A stretch of DNA of 64,000 bases from Azolla caroliniana (GCA_043228905.1 JBHGNT010000020.1:1116001-1180000), one strand, 5' to 3'. Positions 18,214-31,714 are shown, numbered from the stretch's first letter. Made by a program: numbers and translations. The notes: generated by a model not told the origin, from the sequence alone.

Positions 18214-21200
18214 TTATATAAGGTGCCTTTTGGAAACTTTGTTCGGGCGATGCAACCCCATGTGAATGAAGCAGACATTCTTGGCCGGAGTTTTATTCCG
18301 TTATGCTGCGGCTTCTTCGAATTCATCAAGTTTCGAGGGCCCTATTTCGGTCGCTGCCGATTCGAATCTCGAAGACACATGGAATAAGCAGAAAGACAAA
18401 AGAAGAGCCCGCTTTATTTTATTTTTTTTTCTGTTAAATGTTGGTTATGGCTTTCCATGACGAGGTATCCAAAGAAACAAACTTTTACTCGTACTTCTTG
18501 GTTCTACCTTTTTCTTTACTAGTCGAAACTTTTACCATCATTCTCTAGTTTTGATCCCCCCCTATATATATGATTACATTTCTTTTACAGAACCCTTGGC
18601 CTACAAGAGTCTTTCTCCTCTAAACCTGCATTCACCATAACCCTTCCACTTAACTGCATAGTACAAGGGGGTATCTTTTGTTCCCCACATTTGGACATTT
18701 TATATATACAAGAAAGTCTATGTCAATCCTTCACCAATAGTCTTCCATGATTTTCTAGAATCCTTGGGTGGCATTGGATACATGTTTTATATTTTTCCAT
18801 ACGAAATATAGCAAATGACCACTCCTCATCAATATGTTGCCCCAAATCCCAAACTTGTCTTTCATTTTCGAAATGCACTTGAAGCCTAAATTATGTCAAG
18901 TACTTTCAATACAAAAGGTAAGAAATCAACTATTTAGCCACACTTGGCTTACATCCACAATTAAATTGTCGAGGCACATTTTGATTGGATTGGACCGAGT
19001 TCAAAGGATGACACACACTTACACCCATCAATAGTTCACGTTGTGGGCCAAAGTTGGGAGTTATGTTCTACATTCACAGTTCAAAAGAGACTAAACTATG
19101 TTCAACCTAAGCTAATGCAAAATTGTAGCTTACACTTTTGTGTTCAAATCTCTTATTACTGTTCTAGCCTTTTCTTTCACATCATAGGTAGCCATCAATT
19201 GCTTGCACCCATGCTTGAGAATTTGTTTCAATAATGGGGCACAAAGTTTCGCATGCATGCTTCAAAGAAACAAGGTTCAAGTTTGCACTTTTTCAGTCTT
19301 CAAAAGTTCAACTTTACACTTTGGCGCCCTTCAAGGTTGAGCCATTCACTTTACCTTCAAGGAGAAGTTTGTATCTATGTCTCAAAGTTGAAAGTTTGAT
19401 GCTGATAAAAACTTATGCAAAGGTACTTCGCCATTCACCTGAAAAAGTGCATAGAGTTTCTGAAAAACGTACACAACGTGCTTGTTGATATGATCTCTTA
19501 AGACTTTGTTTGGGTTATCGAGACCTTACAATCTTGTCAATTCTCACATATCTCCAATGACCCTTAACTTTGTAATCATCCAAATGTTCGATTGAGTTTT
19601 CTCTAGGGGCGATAAAGACAATCTTGTCTGTTCGTATATACCACAAATGAGCCTAACTTTGTAATCATGCATATGTTGGATTGCGTTTTCTCTAGGAGCG
19701 ATAAAGACAATATTGTCTCTTTTTATATACCACAAATAAGCCTATCATGGAAATGTTGGGTTGAGTTTTCTCTTGCGCAACAAAGAGAAAACTACACTAC
19801 TTTTTGTAAGAAGCATATGCACGATAAATACAAGGTCTACATTAGACACAACACAAGCCAACCATATAGACCTACATGGCCATAGATACACCTTGTTATG
19901 CACATGAGAGCTCATAAGATAATGTGCAATGGGTCAATAGTTAAACTAATGTATCGACACTTCCGTTTGCGGGTATATCCTCAAATATATAATTTGGTTG
20001 TGAAGCTATGCACAATTAACATGATAGAATCTTATGACGTATAATATGGATGACTTACTACAAGACACATATACACAAGATTTTAAGGTAGTCATAATCT
20101 AGGGCATGTCATAGTTTATGCATGTAGTAAACGTATTTGATATAGAAAAACTTTAGGATTTATAGATTGACCGAAAGAGAATAAAATTTAAGAGGGCATA
20201 AAAATGGGACCCCTCGGTTTTTGATGTTTCCACAATACAGAGGGCCGACCTCTGATATTTTTCCAGAATGTTGAATGAACAAAAAAGAAAAACCAATAAC
20301 ACAATTTGAATATTGGTTTTGCATTTTTAGTGTGTTTAAGGCGGCACATTACATAGAAAATTAACAAAATGGAAAAACAACTTATGAGTATTTATGTTTT
20401 TTAGTTATATAGCTTTTAAAAATAGCGTCAATCCTTTCTTTATCATGCTTCTTAAGAAATGAGTACAAAATGGTAAGGCTAACCCTAGCCACTTTTGATA
20501 GTTTGACAAGATAACTTCCGGACTACTTTCATCCTCTTGAAACACTCTCAAATTGAATGAATATAATGGTATAGCAAGTTCCAAGTTTTAGTCTCTACCA
20601 AATATATTCAAGGGATTTCAGAGATGTTTCTCCATTAGTTTTGAGTTGAAATATCAAATTCCTTGATATACAGTAAACTTGGGGACCTTAGGTAAGTAGG
20701 ACCACAATGGGGAAGACTACCCATTGAAAATGTTGAGCACGAGACAAAGGGGAATGCGATAAAAGCTCAAATCATGTTGTTAGAGGAGTGGTCCATCAAT
20801 GGTTTCGAAAAAGTAAGGCACATGGTGGATAACATTAGGAATGTGTAAATCGACAAGGATTTTCATGATATGATGGGAGAAGCAAAGTTGGTGGAATGGG
20901 GGATTCAAACCACTATGAAGTAGCGAACGAAGAGGGCAACATCAAGGGGAATTCACAGATGACAATTCAACCTCCTTGGGATTAAAGGAGGGAGCCCAAG
21001 GATATGACTAGAAAGGAGGACAAAGACAACTAATAAGGCCTCAAACTCCTTGGCAGTTCAAATCGATGATCTAATAAAGAGCAAGAATGAATTGGAAGGC
21101 CTAGAAAGAAGAAAATAGCCAAAAGAAGTCACTAACGAAGAGAACAACATCAAGAGGAATCTATACGGGAAGGTTCTAGCTCCTTGGGATCGGCTCGAGC

Positions 21201-21281
21201 ATGATTGGAAAGGAGGAAGAAGACAAATCGGAAGCCTTAAAACTCCTAGGTGGTGCAAATAAAAAGTCTTATAGAGATCAA

Positions 21282-21851
21282 TATCAATGGGCCCGATTCG
21301 GTTCGGTTTCTTTGCCTTGAAACCAAACCATTTATATAAAACAAAAACTAAACCAAACTGTTTATGAACTTTCAAGCTATTAAACCAAACCATTTAAGAA
21401 AAGGTAAACCAAACTATTTAAATCAAAACCATTTAGGGAAAAGTTGAAAGCAAACCGAGCCATTTAATAAAAAGTTTAAACCTAACCACATTTAAATAAA
21501 CATTTATGTTTAACTAATTAATTAATTAAATAAGCATTAATTAAGCCATTAGATTAAATAAACATTTAAGTTAAGTGAATTAAATCAATAAAAAACATTA
21601 ATTAAACCATTAAATTACATAAACATTTAAGGGATAAAAAAACTTAGCCCAAAAACCTATAAACCTTTAAACCAAACCACTTAAACCTATAAACCTATAA
21701 ACCCTAGTTTCAAAACCAAACCGAACTAAAACCGAACCGTTTATTAATAATTAAAACCAAACCAAACATTTAATTATTTTGGAACTTATAAACCTTTAAA
21801 CCATTGCTTAATGGCTCGGTTCGGTTTGAGCCGAAACCGAGCCCATTGCTA
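21282..21851. mobile_element. hAT-type MITE, copy 2, opposite orientation to copy 1
   Basis: TIRs TAtCAATGGGC...GCCCATTGCTA. 8-bp TSD gagatcaa at 21274-21281 and 21852-21859. Subterminal sequence is the reverse complement of copy 1. Confidence 0.9.
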
Positions 21852-23639
21852 GAGATCAAGAATGAATTGAAAGGCCTAGAAACAAGACAATAGACAAGAA
21901 TGAACGTAATGTGCATCCAATGCATACATGGACACTTGAAAGGTAAATGTCAAAATCCAAGAACTTGTGTGATGTGCACGATACAACACCCCATGGAACA
22001 CTGTAGCATATAACCCAAGTAACTTGCCAATTGTAGTTCAATAAATAGAGGCCAAAGAACCCATAGAACCCAACCCCCAAGGAATGCAAATATGTGAATG
22101 TTGCAGAGACAACACAATAGCTAATGATGTTCTTCTTGTTAGATTGTTGTGGGATTGGGAAAACACACAACACATTCTCGTTAGATAATTGTGGGTTTCT
22201 ATCATCGATGAGCATTTCTTGTTACCTTGGTTTTCTCTCCCTAACAAACTCTCTCTCATTCTTTCAAACACTTAATCTTAACAAAGAAACCAAGCTGCTA
22301 ACACCAACTCTTGAGACTTGACAATGCACTAATCACACAAATGAAATAAAATGCAAGAAAGGAAAATGCAATGTAATCAATGATCACCATAGTAGTTACC
22401 AACAATTTACTGCTTTTATTCCTCACTCACGAGACTTGAAATATAAATAAGTATTATGTGCTTAGTGAGAGTGATTAAGGGAAGGAGCTAGTGACTCCTC
22501 AAGTTAATATTGGAGAGAATGATAAAGAAGTAAAAATATTACAGTTTCACTTTAACTTAATTTACAATATTTTACAAATTACTTATAATTATGGCCCTTT
22601 TCATATATGTGTTCCTCATAAAGCTTTTTAAAGTTTTCTTCATGTCCTTTTGGTGTCTTACCCACATGTTTAGGCTTAATAGTGTGGTGTATCAATGTTC
22701 ATTGAGGAAGAGAATGTGAATGGTGCAAGAACAACTAGCCAACAAGGTACATAATGGACCATTTTATACTTGATTCTATTATTATGGACAAGTGGGGCAC
22801 GTGTATCCGAACTACAATTTGTAAAAGAGGCATGGCATGGAAAGAAACAATGAAAGGAAGGACCAAACTAGTCTCTAATTGAGCACTTGAAGATGTTGCA
22901 ATGCTGATGATGGCTATGATGGCATTTAAGGTAACCTTGTTAGAAACAAAAGCAAGTCTTAATCGCCACATCGACGGATGCAACATGCCAAGTGGAGAGT
23001 CAAAGGATAGCTACAATAATGGCGGAAAAGTGAAAAGGTCAAAAACATGGAAAAGGAAAAAGAAAGAGAAAATATAAAATCATCAATATGGGAGGTTCTA
23101 TAGAGGGATTTATGGATATGCTCTATGCCCTAGTTGTGAATGCCAACGGGTGGACTAGATTTGAAGTTTTTTACTAAACAAAGATGGCTTAATTGAAGGA
23201 TGGCGACAATGGTGGTGAAGAATTCCCCAAGTGGAGGCGAGTTAGATGATGGCCACGATGGTTGTGGAAAAGGTGAAAAAGTTATAGCTACCGAAGAGGT
23301 AAAAAACATTGAAAAGGAAAAAGAAAAAGTGAAAAGATAAAACAACCAACAAGGGGATTTATGAATATGTTTGAGGTTATGGTTGGGAAAGACAACCAAC
23401 TCAAGGTCTAAGGATTTTTCTTCACAGCCCCAAACTTACATGCATTGAAGCCTTTAGACATATTGCCAAGGAGGTGATGTAATGAAAAATTCTACAAGCT
23501 AGGCTAGGCTATACAGAGCAATGCACAAGAGTCCGAGTTACTACAACCCTCTTACTCTAGCTCTTTTTTATTGAGAAGGTCTTCTTGAACTCATGTGGCT
23601 AACAAGAGATAAATGAACTATTTATTGTTGATTGATGGA

Positions 23640-24280
23640 GGGCAACTTGTTGTTATGATGAAGCTTGTCAGATAGGTAATGCTCGCAAGTAGGAGCTTAC
23701 CATGAAAAATGAGATGAAGTTTTTGATCTCCAACTAGACATAGGAACTAGATAAGTTACCCTTGGTGAAGAAGGTACTTGATAGAAAATGGGCATGTTGG
23801 GTGAAAGATGAGCATGATGTTTCGAAGAGATACAAAGACCCACTAGTTGTTAAAGGATTTTGGCAAAAGGAATGAGTTGACTACACCAACATTTTTGCTC
23901 TTGTTGTGAAGCCCAATACTATTAGATCAATATTGAGTATTGTTTCCATAAATAATGTCAAGTAGTGTTTCCATCGAAGATTTTTAAATTGCACATTTAG
24001 ATGCGAAGACTTGAATGAGGAGATATGCATGCACCAACCACAAGGTTTGTTAGCAAGAGGGTAGGAAAACATGGTATGTAGAATTCAGAAGGCTTTGTAT
24101 GGATCAATGTTGAGTGTTGTTGCCATGGATAACGATGTTAAGTATTGTTTCCATTCAAGATCTTTAACTTGCACATTTAGATGTGAAGAATGCATTTCTT
24201 CATGAAGACTTGAATGAGGGGATATACATGCACCAACCACAACGTTTCTCTGAAAGAGGGTAGAAAAACATGATGGATTT
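23640..24280 (+). mobile_element. Highly degenerate Copia RT fragment with an internal duplication of about 160 bp
   Basis: Remnants resembling KRYK..LVVKGF.Q, DYTNIFA.VVK and EEICMHQPQG. 23920-24075 is repeated at about 24105-24275. Confidence 0.65.
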
Positions 24281-24365
24281 TGAAAAGATAAGTATGCGCA
24301 ATCTAAACAGATCAAAACCGGCTCAGCCGGATAACAATAGAAACCACAAAGAATGGAATACACAG

Positions 24366-24449
<84 letters not shown>
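24281..24449 (-). repeat. 3' part of a Copia family A LTR, ending in the (GA)n tract split by the LINE
   Basis: tgaaaagataagtatgcgcaatctaa...accggctca..gga is the reverse complement of the LTR end at about 2970-3036. Confidence 0.75.
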
Positions 24450-24452
<3 letters not shown>

Positions 24453-24963
24453 ATTTGTTTTTATTGCTGCGCTCTCTATCAGTAAAGGAATTGTGCACAA
24501 AGAAAAGTGTTGGAAAGCCCTCGAGTAGAGCTTCGCAACGAGATATAGCAAGTTGAATTTGGTGGTTTGTACGAGAAGCAACGATAGAAATAAGGAATCT
24601 TGTGTTGTCCGCATCCACAAACTCAAAATTCATTGTGGGTCTTCGATTGCTTTCAAAATCTTCGACCTCTTCAATCGGGTGAGTTCTGATTTTCTCTCTT
24701 GTTCATGGAAAATTGTTTTTATCCCGGATCGATATAATGATGGACATAAGCATGAATTCCTCACAAATTGTGGGGGATATTGATATGGAAACAATCGATC
24801 CAAAAAAGAGTAATGTGATGGTTGAATGTAATCGTGAAAGGGAAGACATTGGAAGCTCTAAGAGGTTTAAGGGAATTGAAGAAATTAATGAGAAAAAATT
24901 AACATATGCCGAAATAATACATGTAGATGAAGTTGACTAGGATCATTGTAATTGAGATAATTT

Positions 24964-26250
24964 ATGGGGAATTGCCAATACCTTTTGTCGGATATTGTGG
25001 AAGAAAATGAAAATGCAGCGAAAGAATGCATTGAAGAGGATGTGCATGATGTGGAAGTTGATGCTAAGGTAGTTTTGCAATCAGTTGATGTATTCTATGA
25101 TCGTGCTATTACATTATTTTTTACCGGCAAACTCCCATATGTTAATTGGATTAAACAATGGTTTAACACAATCGTGTCACCAAATTGTGTTGAAAATATA
25201 TATGCGGGACCACGAGGGTTTTATGATGTGGTATTTCGTTCACCGGAGCATCGAAGTGCATTGTTGGGTAAAGTTCCTGTGTTTTTTGATAAACGATTGG
25301 TGCATGTTATGCAATGGTCCCCCGTAGTGGACTATCATGCTTTGTTAAAACAAGAATGTCCTGTTTGGGTTATAGTGGATTGTAAGCATGCTTTTTTATG
25401 GCCACTTTTACAAGAGTTGATGAGGCAAATGGGTAAAGTGTTGGTATCTCCACATGCAAATGCTACAAATAAGTGTAGATTTTGTGTGTTATGGGATACA
25501 AGTCACAAGAGGCCAGGATGGGTGCGTATGAATGCTCCTGGTATGAGAAGACTTTGTTTTAAACTGAAGTGGGAGACATTTGCAGGTCATTGTTTTGGAT
25601 GTGGTGAATGGGGTCACTTTATGGTGGAATGCCACGGTCATTGTCCTTCAACTACAGAGGTTCCTATTGAAGGGAACGATAAGGAAGGAGTTGGGAGAGA
25701 GGTTGGTGTGTCAGATTTTGTGGATGAAGGAACATCACCTAGAGCAGGTTATAAAGAGGTCTCACTTCAAGGTTTGGGCCCTAAGAATAAGGGAATTGAA
25801 TCTATGGATATGGAAAAACAAAGTTTAGTGGTTAAAGATAAGGGGAAAAAACCGTTGGATAGAGCTAGTGGTGATGTTGTTGACAAAGATTGGCATGAGG
25901 TTAAGGGCAAGTCAAAAGGGAAATCAATGAATATGCATCGTAGTAGCTTGCCCACTACTCGTGTGACTACTTGGCAAGGTAATTCAGGAACTAGGGAGGG
26001 CCCTCGAAAAGTTTCTTGGCAACGACAATCTAGGGATAAGGGATTACCCCTTCACTTTCAATTTGATTCATTGGGACGAGTTGTAAATTCATCGAATTCT
26101 CGAGGTTTTCGTCAAGCAGGAGGACATAAAAAACAGATTTCGATAGACAACCCTAAGGATGTGGTGCATGAAAATCCATATGCAGTATTAGAGCATGCTT
26201 TGACTAGTTTCATGACATCGGTTGCTCTAAAGGAGCAAGTGCTCCCATAA
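24964..26250 (+). CDS. LINE ORF1 (DUF4283-like region plus CCHC zinc knuckle)
   Basis: GFYDVVF..LVHVMQWSP..CPVWV and CFGCGEWGHFMVEC. The N-terminus probably extends to about 24740 through a lesion. Confidence 0.8.
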   Translation: MGNCQYLLSDIVEENENAAKECIEEDVHDVEVDAKVVLQSVDVFYDRAITLFFTGKLPYVNWIKQWFNTIVSPNCVENIYAGPRGFYDVVFRSPEHRSALLGKVPVFFDKRLVHVMQWSPVVDYHALLKQECPVWVIVDCKHAFLWPLLQELMRQMGKVLVSPHANATNKCRFCVLWDTSHKRPGWVRMNAPGMRRLCFKLKWETFAGHCFGCGEWGHFMVECHGHCPSTTEVPIEGNDKEGVGREVGVSDFVDEGTSPRAGYKEVSLQGLGPKNKGIESMDMEKQSLVVKDKGKKPLDRASGDVVDKDWHEVKGKSKGKSMNMHRSSLPTTRVTTWQGNSGTREGPRKVSWQRQSRDKGLPLHFQFDSLGRVVNSSNSRGFRQAGGHKKQISIDNPKDVVHENPYAVLEHALTSFMTSVALKEQVLP

Positions 26251-26263
26251 CATTGTTGATTGA

Positions 26264-29200
26264 ATGAAAGTGGTAACATGGAATGTGAGAGGGGCATGTT
26301 CTCCTCATAAGAAGTATATACTATGGGAAACTTTGTTAAGTAGAGAATGGGATATAGTATGTGCAGTTGAGCATAAGTGTCATGAGTTAGCAGGATCCAC
26401 AATGCATTTGCGTGGATATTCATCATTTTATGCAAGACATCTTAATAATCATTATTCAGGTGTGGTATTAATCGTAAGGGATAAGTATTATCCTCAAGTG
26501 GTGCATAATGATCCTTATGGTCGGTTTTTGGTTCTAGAAATCACTTTTTTTGGCGAGGTTGTGTGGGTGGTTGGGATTTATGCCCCTAACCAAGCCACTC
26601 ACCGTATTGCATTATGGGGTTCACTCCTTCAAACCCTATCTATTGGACGTCCAGGATTACATATGGGCGATTTTAACATGTGTGTTGATGCATTTCAATC
26701 CACGTCTGAACATTCAATCATGGATGATCCTGAGCAACTTGCTTGGGACTCATTGGCTATGGAGGTTCTGAAGTTGGATGTTTGGACATGGTTGCAAGGG
26801 AATGATCCAGGTTTTACCTTCCAATCTGCTCAACATAGACAAACATGGAGTCGGTTAGATAGAATGTATGTGATGCATGATGATTCTTTTTTACCGACAT
26901 CACTTCGTATGAACGTTCTACAAGATGTTGGAACTTTAAATCACTTTCCTATTTGCTTGGAGGTGTGTAATCATGCAATTGACATGTATAAATCTTTACT
27001 TGGAAAGCCTCCACTACGCTTTAACTCTTCTCTTTTGCTTTAACCTCACTTTGATTTTCTCATGGAGCAAATTTTGGTAAATTTTTCTCAACAAGTGAAT
27101 CTTAAAGGAGTTAAAGCATGGGATATCACATTACGAAACATTAACATCATTCATCGTATGTATGGAGTAACCAATGCTCAACGAAGAAGAGGTCTTATTC
27201 GACAATTCTCACAAGTTCTCTCTAGGTGTAATGCATTATTGATACATACACCATTAGATGAGGAGCTTTTGGATATTCAGAGTCAATTGCATGTTATTAT
27301 TTCTATGTTATGCTAAGATGCGACAACTCAGGGAAGGACTCATTGATAATCAATGTCAATCTCATTTGTTTTTCCAAGCATTACATCCTACTTATGCTCG
27401 ATCTAATGTGGTACATGTGAAGCAAGGGGATAAATTGATAGTGGATCCTACAACAATAATTGACATATGTCTTTATTACTTTAAGGAGTTGATTGGTCCA
27501 CAATTGTTAATGACAGATGAGGTGAGTAGAGCACGTCATGAGTTTTATGATGTGGTTGGATGTATTGTGCATGATATCATTAGTCATGAATTGGATGCGG
27601 ATTTCATTGAGGATGAGGTGGATGTAGTTTTAAGGCATCTTCCTAGTGGTAAGAGCCCTGGTTGGGATGGCTTGACAAATGAAGTTTTTAAGAGATATTC
27701 CAACATTTTAAAGGGGCCCTTGACTTTGATGTTTCAATAGTCTTGGGATTCTGGTTGTATGCCTCAAGCTTGGAAGATTGGTCTAATTAAACTAGTTCCA
27801 AAGGTGGCATCTCTTGAGTCATTTCATCAATGGAGACCTATTTCTTTGATGGGGGGGTTGTACAAGATATTTACGAAGGTCTTGGCAAATAGATTACAAA
27901 AGTATTTGCCAAAGTTGATACACCCCGCCCAATATGGTTTTATTGCAGGTAGAAATATATTGCATAATGTGTTGAATGTTCAAATGGCCATGGATTATGC
28001 TCGGAACACTCATCAAGAATTGATTATGGTGCAATTAGATTTGGAGAAAGCTTATGATCATGTTAATTGGTCTTTTGTTTCTGGGTTAATGCATACAATG
28101 GGCTTTGGACCTCGTATGTCTCGCCTGATATTTTCATTAGGACAAGATGCAGTGTCTCGAGTAATGCTTAATGGGGGAGTTACATCAGATATTGCCCTCA
28201 CAAGATCCGTTCGTCAAGGATGCCCTCTTATCCCATTGTTGTTTGCTATTATTACTCATCCTTTGTAAGTGATGCTATCAAGACTTGCAATAAATGGTGA
28301 CATTGTGGGTTTACACCTTCCGTCCAGAGGGCAAATAGTAGCACAAGCTTTGGCGGATGATTCTTTCATGTTTTTACAAGCCTCACAGGAGAATCTTGAG
28401 AAGGGGATGCTTGTATGGAATCAGTTTGCATTGGCTTCCGGATTACATATTAATTGGAGGAAGTCTAGTCTCATATCATGCACTAAAAGGGATTTGGAAT
28501 GTTTAGGATGGCAAGGATCCGTGGTGAAGAAAGGCTCAATTTTTCGACACTTGGGCTATCCATTAGGAATGAATGTTACAAATCGTCAATTGATTGAATG
28601 GATGTCTAGTAAGTTGAGGGATAAGTTCATGTATTGGAAATCACAATTTTGGCCATTTCATGTTCGCTTGAAGGTTGTACAATGTATTATGGAACCCATG
28701 ATATTATATTACTTGCCATTATTGCCATGGACAAAGAAGGCGTTGAATTCTATTTTGCAACCTCTTCGATATTTGTTGTGGAAGAAGAGGGATAAGATGA
28801 GAATCACATGGATTGCTTGGAATCATTTAGCAACCCCTAAGCGATTGGGGGGGGGGGGGGGTTGGAATATTGAACTTATCTATGAATATGATGGCTCCTA
28901 GATTTTCATTATTACAAGACATGTGTTCAAACTCACAACCATGGATATCTATTGTTCGATATTTCATTGAGAACAAGCATTTAACACATGGGAGGACAAC
29001 GATTAAGGCTTCATGGTGGCAATTATTGAATGGATGTATTTCACTTAGGATTCCGGGTTCTTCATGTGTTCAACACTTAGTTACCTCATGGCAAGAAGCA
29101 CTAGACTTGTTATGTGTATGGAAACCATCATCTAGTAGAGAGCATTGTAACTCTTTGCAAAAAGAGTTACTTGTGTCTTCTCAGTTATTATGTTGGCCAG

Positions 29201-30072
29201 GAAAGGAGAGATTGCGTTCTCAATTTAATCGTTTGTTTTGTTTGGGGGTCAAAGAGGTGGGAGATATAGTTGAGGTTCCATCTCAAAGAATTTTGGAGTT
29301 TACTGAAGCACGACAATTATTACACATCCCGCCTAATTATGGGTTTATTTGGCAACAACTACAGAATATTGCATTGATGCAAGGTCCCTTACCTCTACAA
29401 ACAGGAGAACAACCCTGGATTGTTAAACACCATTGTTACAAGTGACTACTAATCTTTTTTATCATTGTTCCGTTGAGTCTCTTGGATGGTTATCATCTAA
29501 GGCCGAAGAAGAATGGAAAATACACAAATCTGATAATGGGTGGTGGCAAATCTTACAACGTAGTTGGCATTCTAAATTGCCACTTGTTGCAAAGGTATTC
29601 ATTTGGAGAGTTTTGATCGGAGGATTGCCTTTGGGATTAGCTTTAAAGCGTTGTGGACTAGCAACGGGTACCTGCTTCTTTTGCACAGTTCAGATAGAAG
29701 ATAGTACTCATCGATTTATACAATGTCCAATTGCTTGTCAAATTTGGAGTTACATTTCTCAAATTTGGCAAGTTTTATCACGGAGTTATTTGACACCTAA
29801 ACAATGGGTGTTTGCACAATTTACACAGGCTGACCCAAAATCAGAGATGGAGATTGTTTTCCTATTTCTGAGATATTGGGGATTGCGTCATAATTGGAAC
29901 ATGCACAACGCTTTTGTATTCGATGGTAGACATGGAGTGAAAGCATATCTACGAAAGTTGAAGGGAGTGTACTAATGTGGCAATTTTCTTTATTGGAACA
30001 AGTGGAAATTCTTTCCTCGGTGGAGTGTTCGTCTTGCCTATTGGCAATTCAACATGTTCCACTACCCATGTA
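26264..30072 (+). pseudogene. LINE ORF2 (endonuclease, reverse transcriptase, zf-RVT) with stops and frameshifts
   Basis: Endonuclease: MKVVTWNVRG, GIYAPN, GDFN, SRLDR. RT: KSPGWDG, WRPISL, DLEKAYD, VRQGCPL, LADD, HLGYPL. zf-RVT: CFFC..EDSTHRFIQC. Broken at about 27043, 27310, 27740, 28268, 28850 and 29430. Confidence 0.9.
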
Positions 30073-30167
30073 GTGTTGTGTGGTTAGTGTGTGACCATAC
30101 TCCATTGTCACACGTATTGTAAGTAGTGTTTTTCACACACATTTATTAATATAATTGTGTGTTTTCA

Positions 30168-30170
<3 letters not shown>

Positions 30171-30205
<35 letters not shown>

Positions 30206-30535
30206 CCCGTTTCAAAAAACTCTGTAAACACATTGTACATACAAATGTGCATCATAGCACTTTTTATACAAGTCCTTAAAGGACTGATAGAAGTACTGAC
30301 AAGTACTTCAATGCTCGTACTGAGCGATAGACACTAAGTCCCAAAAATATGCATATCTACTAGGCTAGGACCGTAGGCCTCTAACGACCTACCCATTACA
30401 CACAAATCCGGACACCGATCCGGCTCTTAATTCCGCTCTTAATTCCGGACACCGATTCGGTTCTTCGTTTTGGACACCGATACGGCTCTTGGCTTATTCA
30501 GCCGATCCGGATCATGTTGAGCTTGTATCTCAACA
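30171..30535 (-). repeat. 5' part of the Copia family A LTR split by the LINE
   Basis: Reverse complement of 2569-2870 (aagctcaac, gatcggctgaataagcc, taggtcgttagaggcctacgg). TG start at 30535, next to the PPT at about 30536-30546. Confidence 0.85.
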
Positions 30536-31615
30536 CTCCCCTCAAGATCAACTTGAGGTTCCATACCTTTTGCTGATTCCTTGCCTCGGCTTCTCCTGGT
30601 GTCTTCACACCTTGTTCGCGCTCCTCGCCCGGTCCGGTCCGGTCCCGCGTTCCATGACCCCTTTGGTTCCGCACTCCTTGACCTTCTCGGTCGGTTTGTC
30701 TGCTCATCAGGCCCATCTCAGCTCCCTTATTGTCATGGTATTGGCGCCCCTCGACCCATTGGCTCTTCCGTGTCGGCGTCGGCTTCGACTGCCCTTTTGT
30801 CCACCTGGCCTTCATAGGATCCGTCTAGTCTGAATCACTCTTTTCTTCTGAATCAACTCTCTCCGATTCGTCTTCTTCAAGGCCATTAACCACATCTGAC
30901 CATGTCTTGGTCTTGGCCTTCATGGCCTTCTTGGCTTTACCTCGTCCTTGTTCGGTCGGCTTCAGCTTTGGCTCATTCCTTTGGTCATTCCCCCTATATC
31001 CGTCCTCGGCTTCTTCAGTTGTCCCAAAATCGAATTCTTCATCCGATTTGGATTTCCAGACTTCTTCTTCTCTTCCACTCCTTCTCCCCCTCAAGGTCGG
31101 CATGTCGAGGTGCTGCAAACCAAGTTCTCTTGAGAACGGTTGCAACTTGTCTAGGCCAAGGGGTTTGATGAAGATATCGGCAGTTTGCCGATCCGTCGAA
31201 ACATACACAAGTTCCACTTCACCGGAAAGGACTCGCTCGTGGACAAAATGATAGTTCACCTCAATGTGCTTGGTCTGGGCATGAAAGACGAGGTTTTTTG
31301 CCAACTGGACGCTATTGAGGTTGTCTCAATAGATCATCGTCGGATTGGACACCTCCATCCATAGATCCTCCAGTAGCATCTTGAGCCATACGGCTTCACA
31401 TGTTGCGACCACTGCTCCTCTATATTCGTCCTCCGTGCTTGGTTGCGACATGAACTGGCTGATCAAGCTGACTGTTGAGGTCCGGCCGGGTGATGGTCAA
31501 GTATATAACGCTTTCGACTATCTGTCGAAACCATTTCGGATCGCATGTTGTTCCGGATTCGGGGCGAAGCTTCAAATTTCTATCAAGAGGAGTTGAGACG
31601 GGTTTGCACTCCATT
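30536..31615 (-). mobile_element. Copia family A RT/RNase H fragment with charged C-terminal extension
   Basis: AKNLVFHAQTKHIEVNYHFVHE..QTADIFIKPL and CKPVSTPLD..YLTITRPDL. Confidence 0.88.
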
Positions 31616-31714
31616 GTCATAATATACTTCGTACATTATGTGAAATACGTATGGGGTGCTTGGACGAATACAGATGATGAAATAGGAGAAAATACTAAAA
31701 TAATTATGTTACAT

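Larger units (their letters stand above)
24450..30170 (+). mobile_element. Near full-length L1-clade LINE (ORF1 plus ORF2 with APE, RT and zf-RVT), inactivated
   Basis: 5' UTR, ORF1, ORF2 and 3' UTR are all present. Flanked by (GA)n at 24372-24449 and 30171-30202. Confidence 0.93.

Noticed and set aside
18480-23600. Host genes in the short ORFs of this interval
   Set aside because: No consistent motifs or splice chains; it looks like very old retroelement debris that I cannot classify.
28846-28861. G run at an ORF2 frameshift as a programmed frameshift or G-quadruplex
   Set aside because: It is an expansion of the normal GGLG-type codons or a homopolymer error, and ORF2 has several other lesions.
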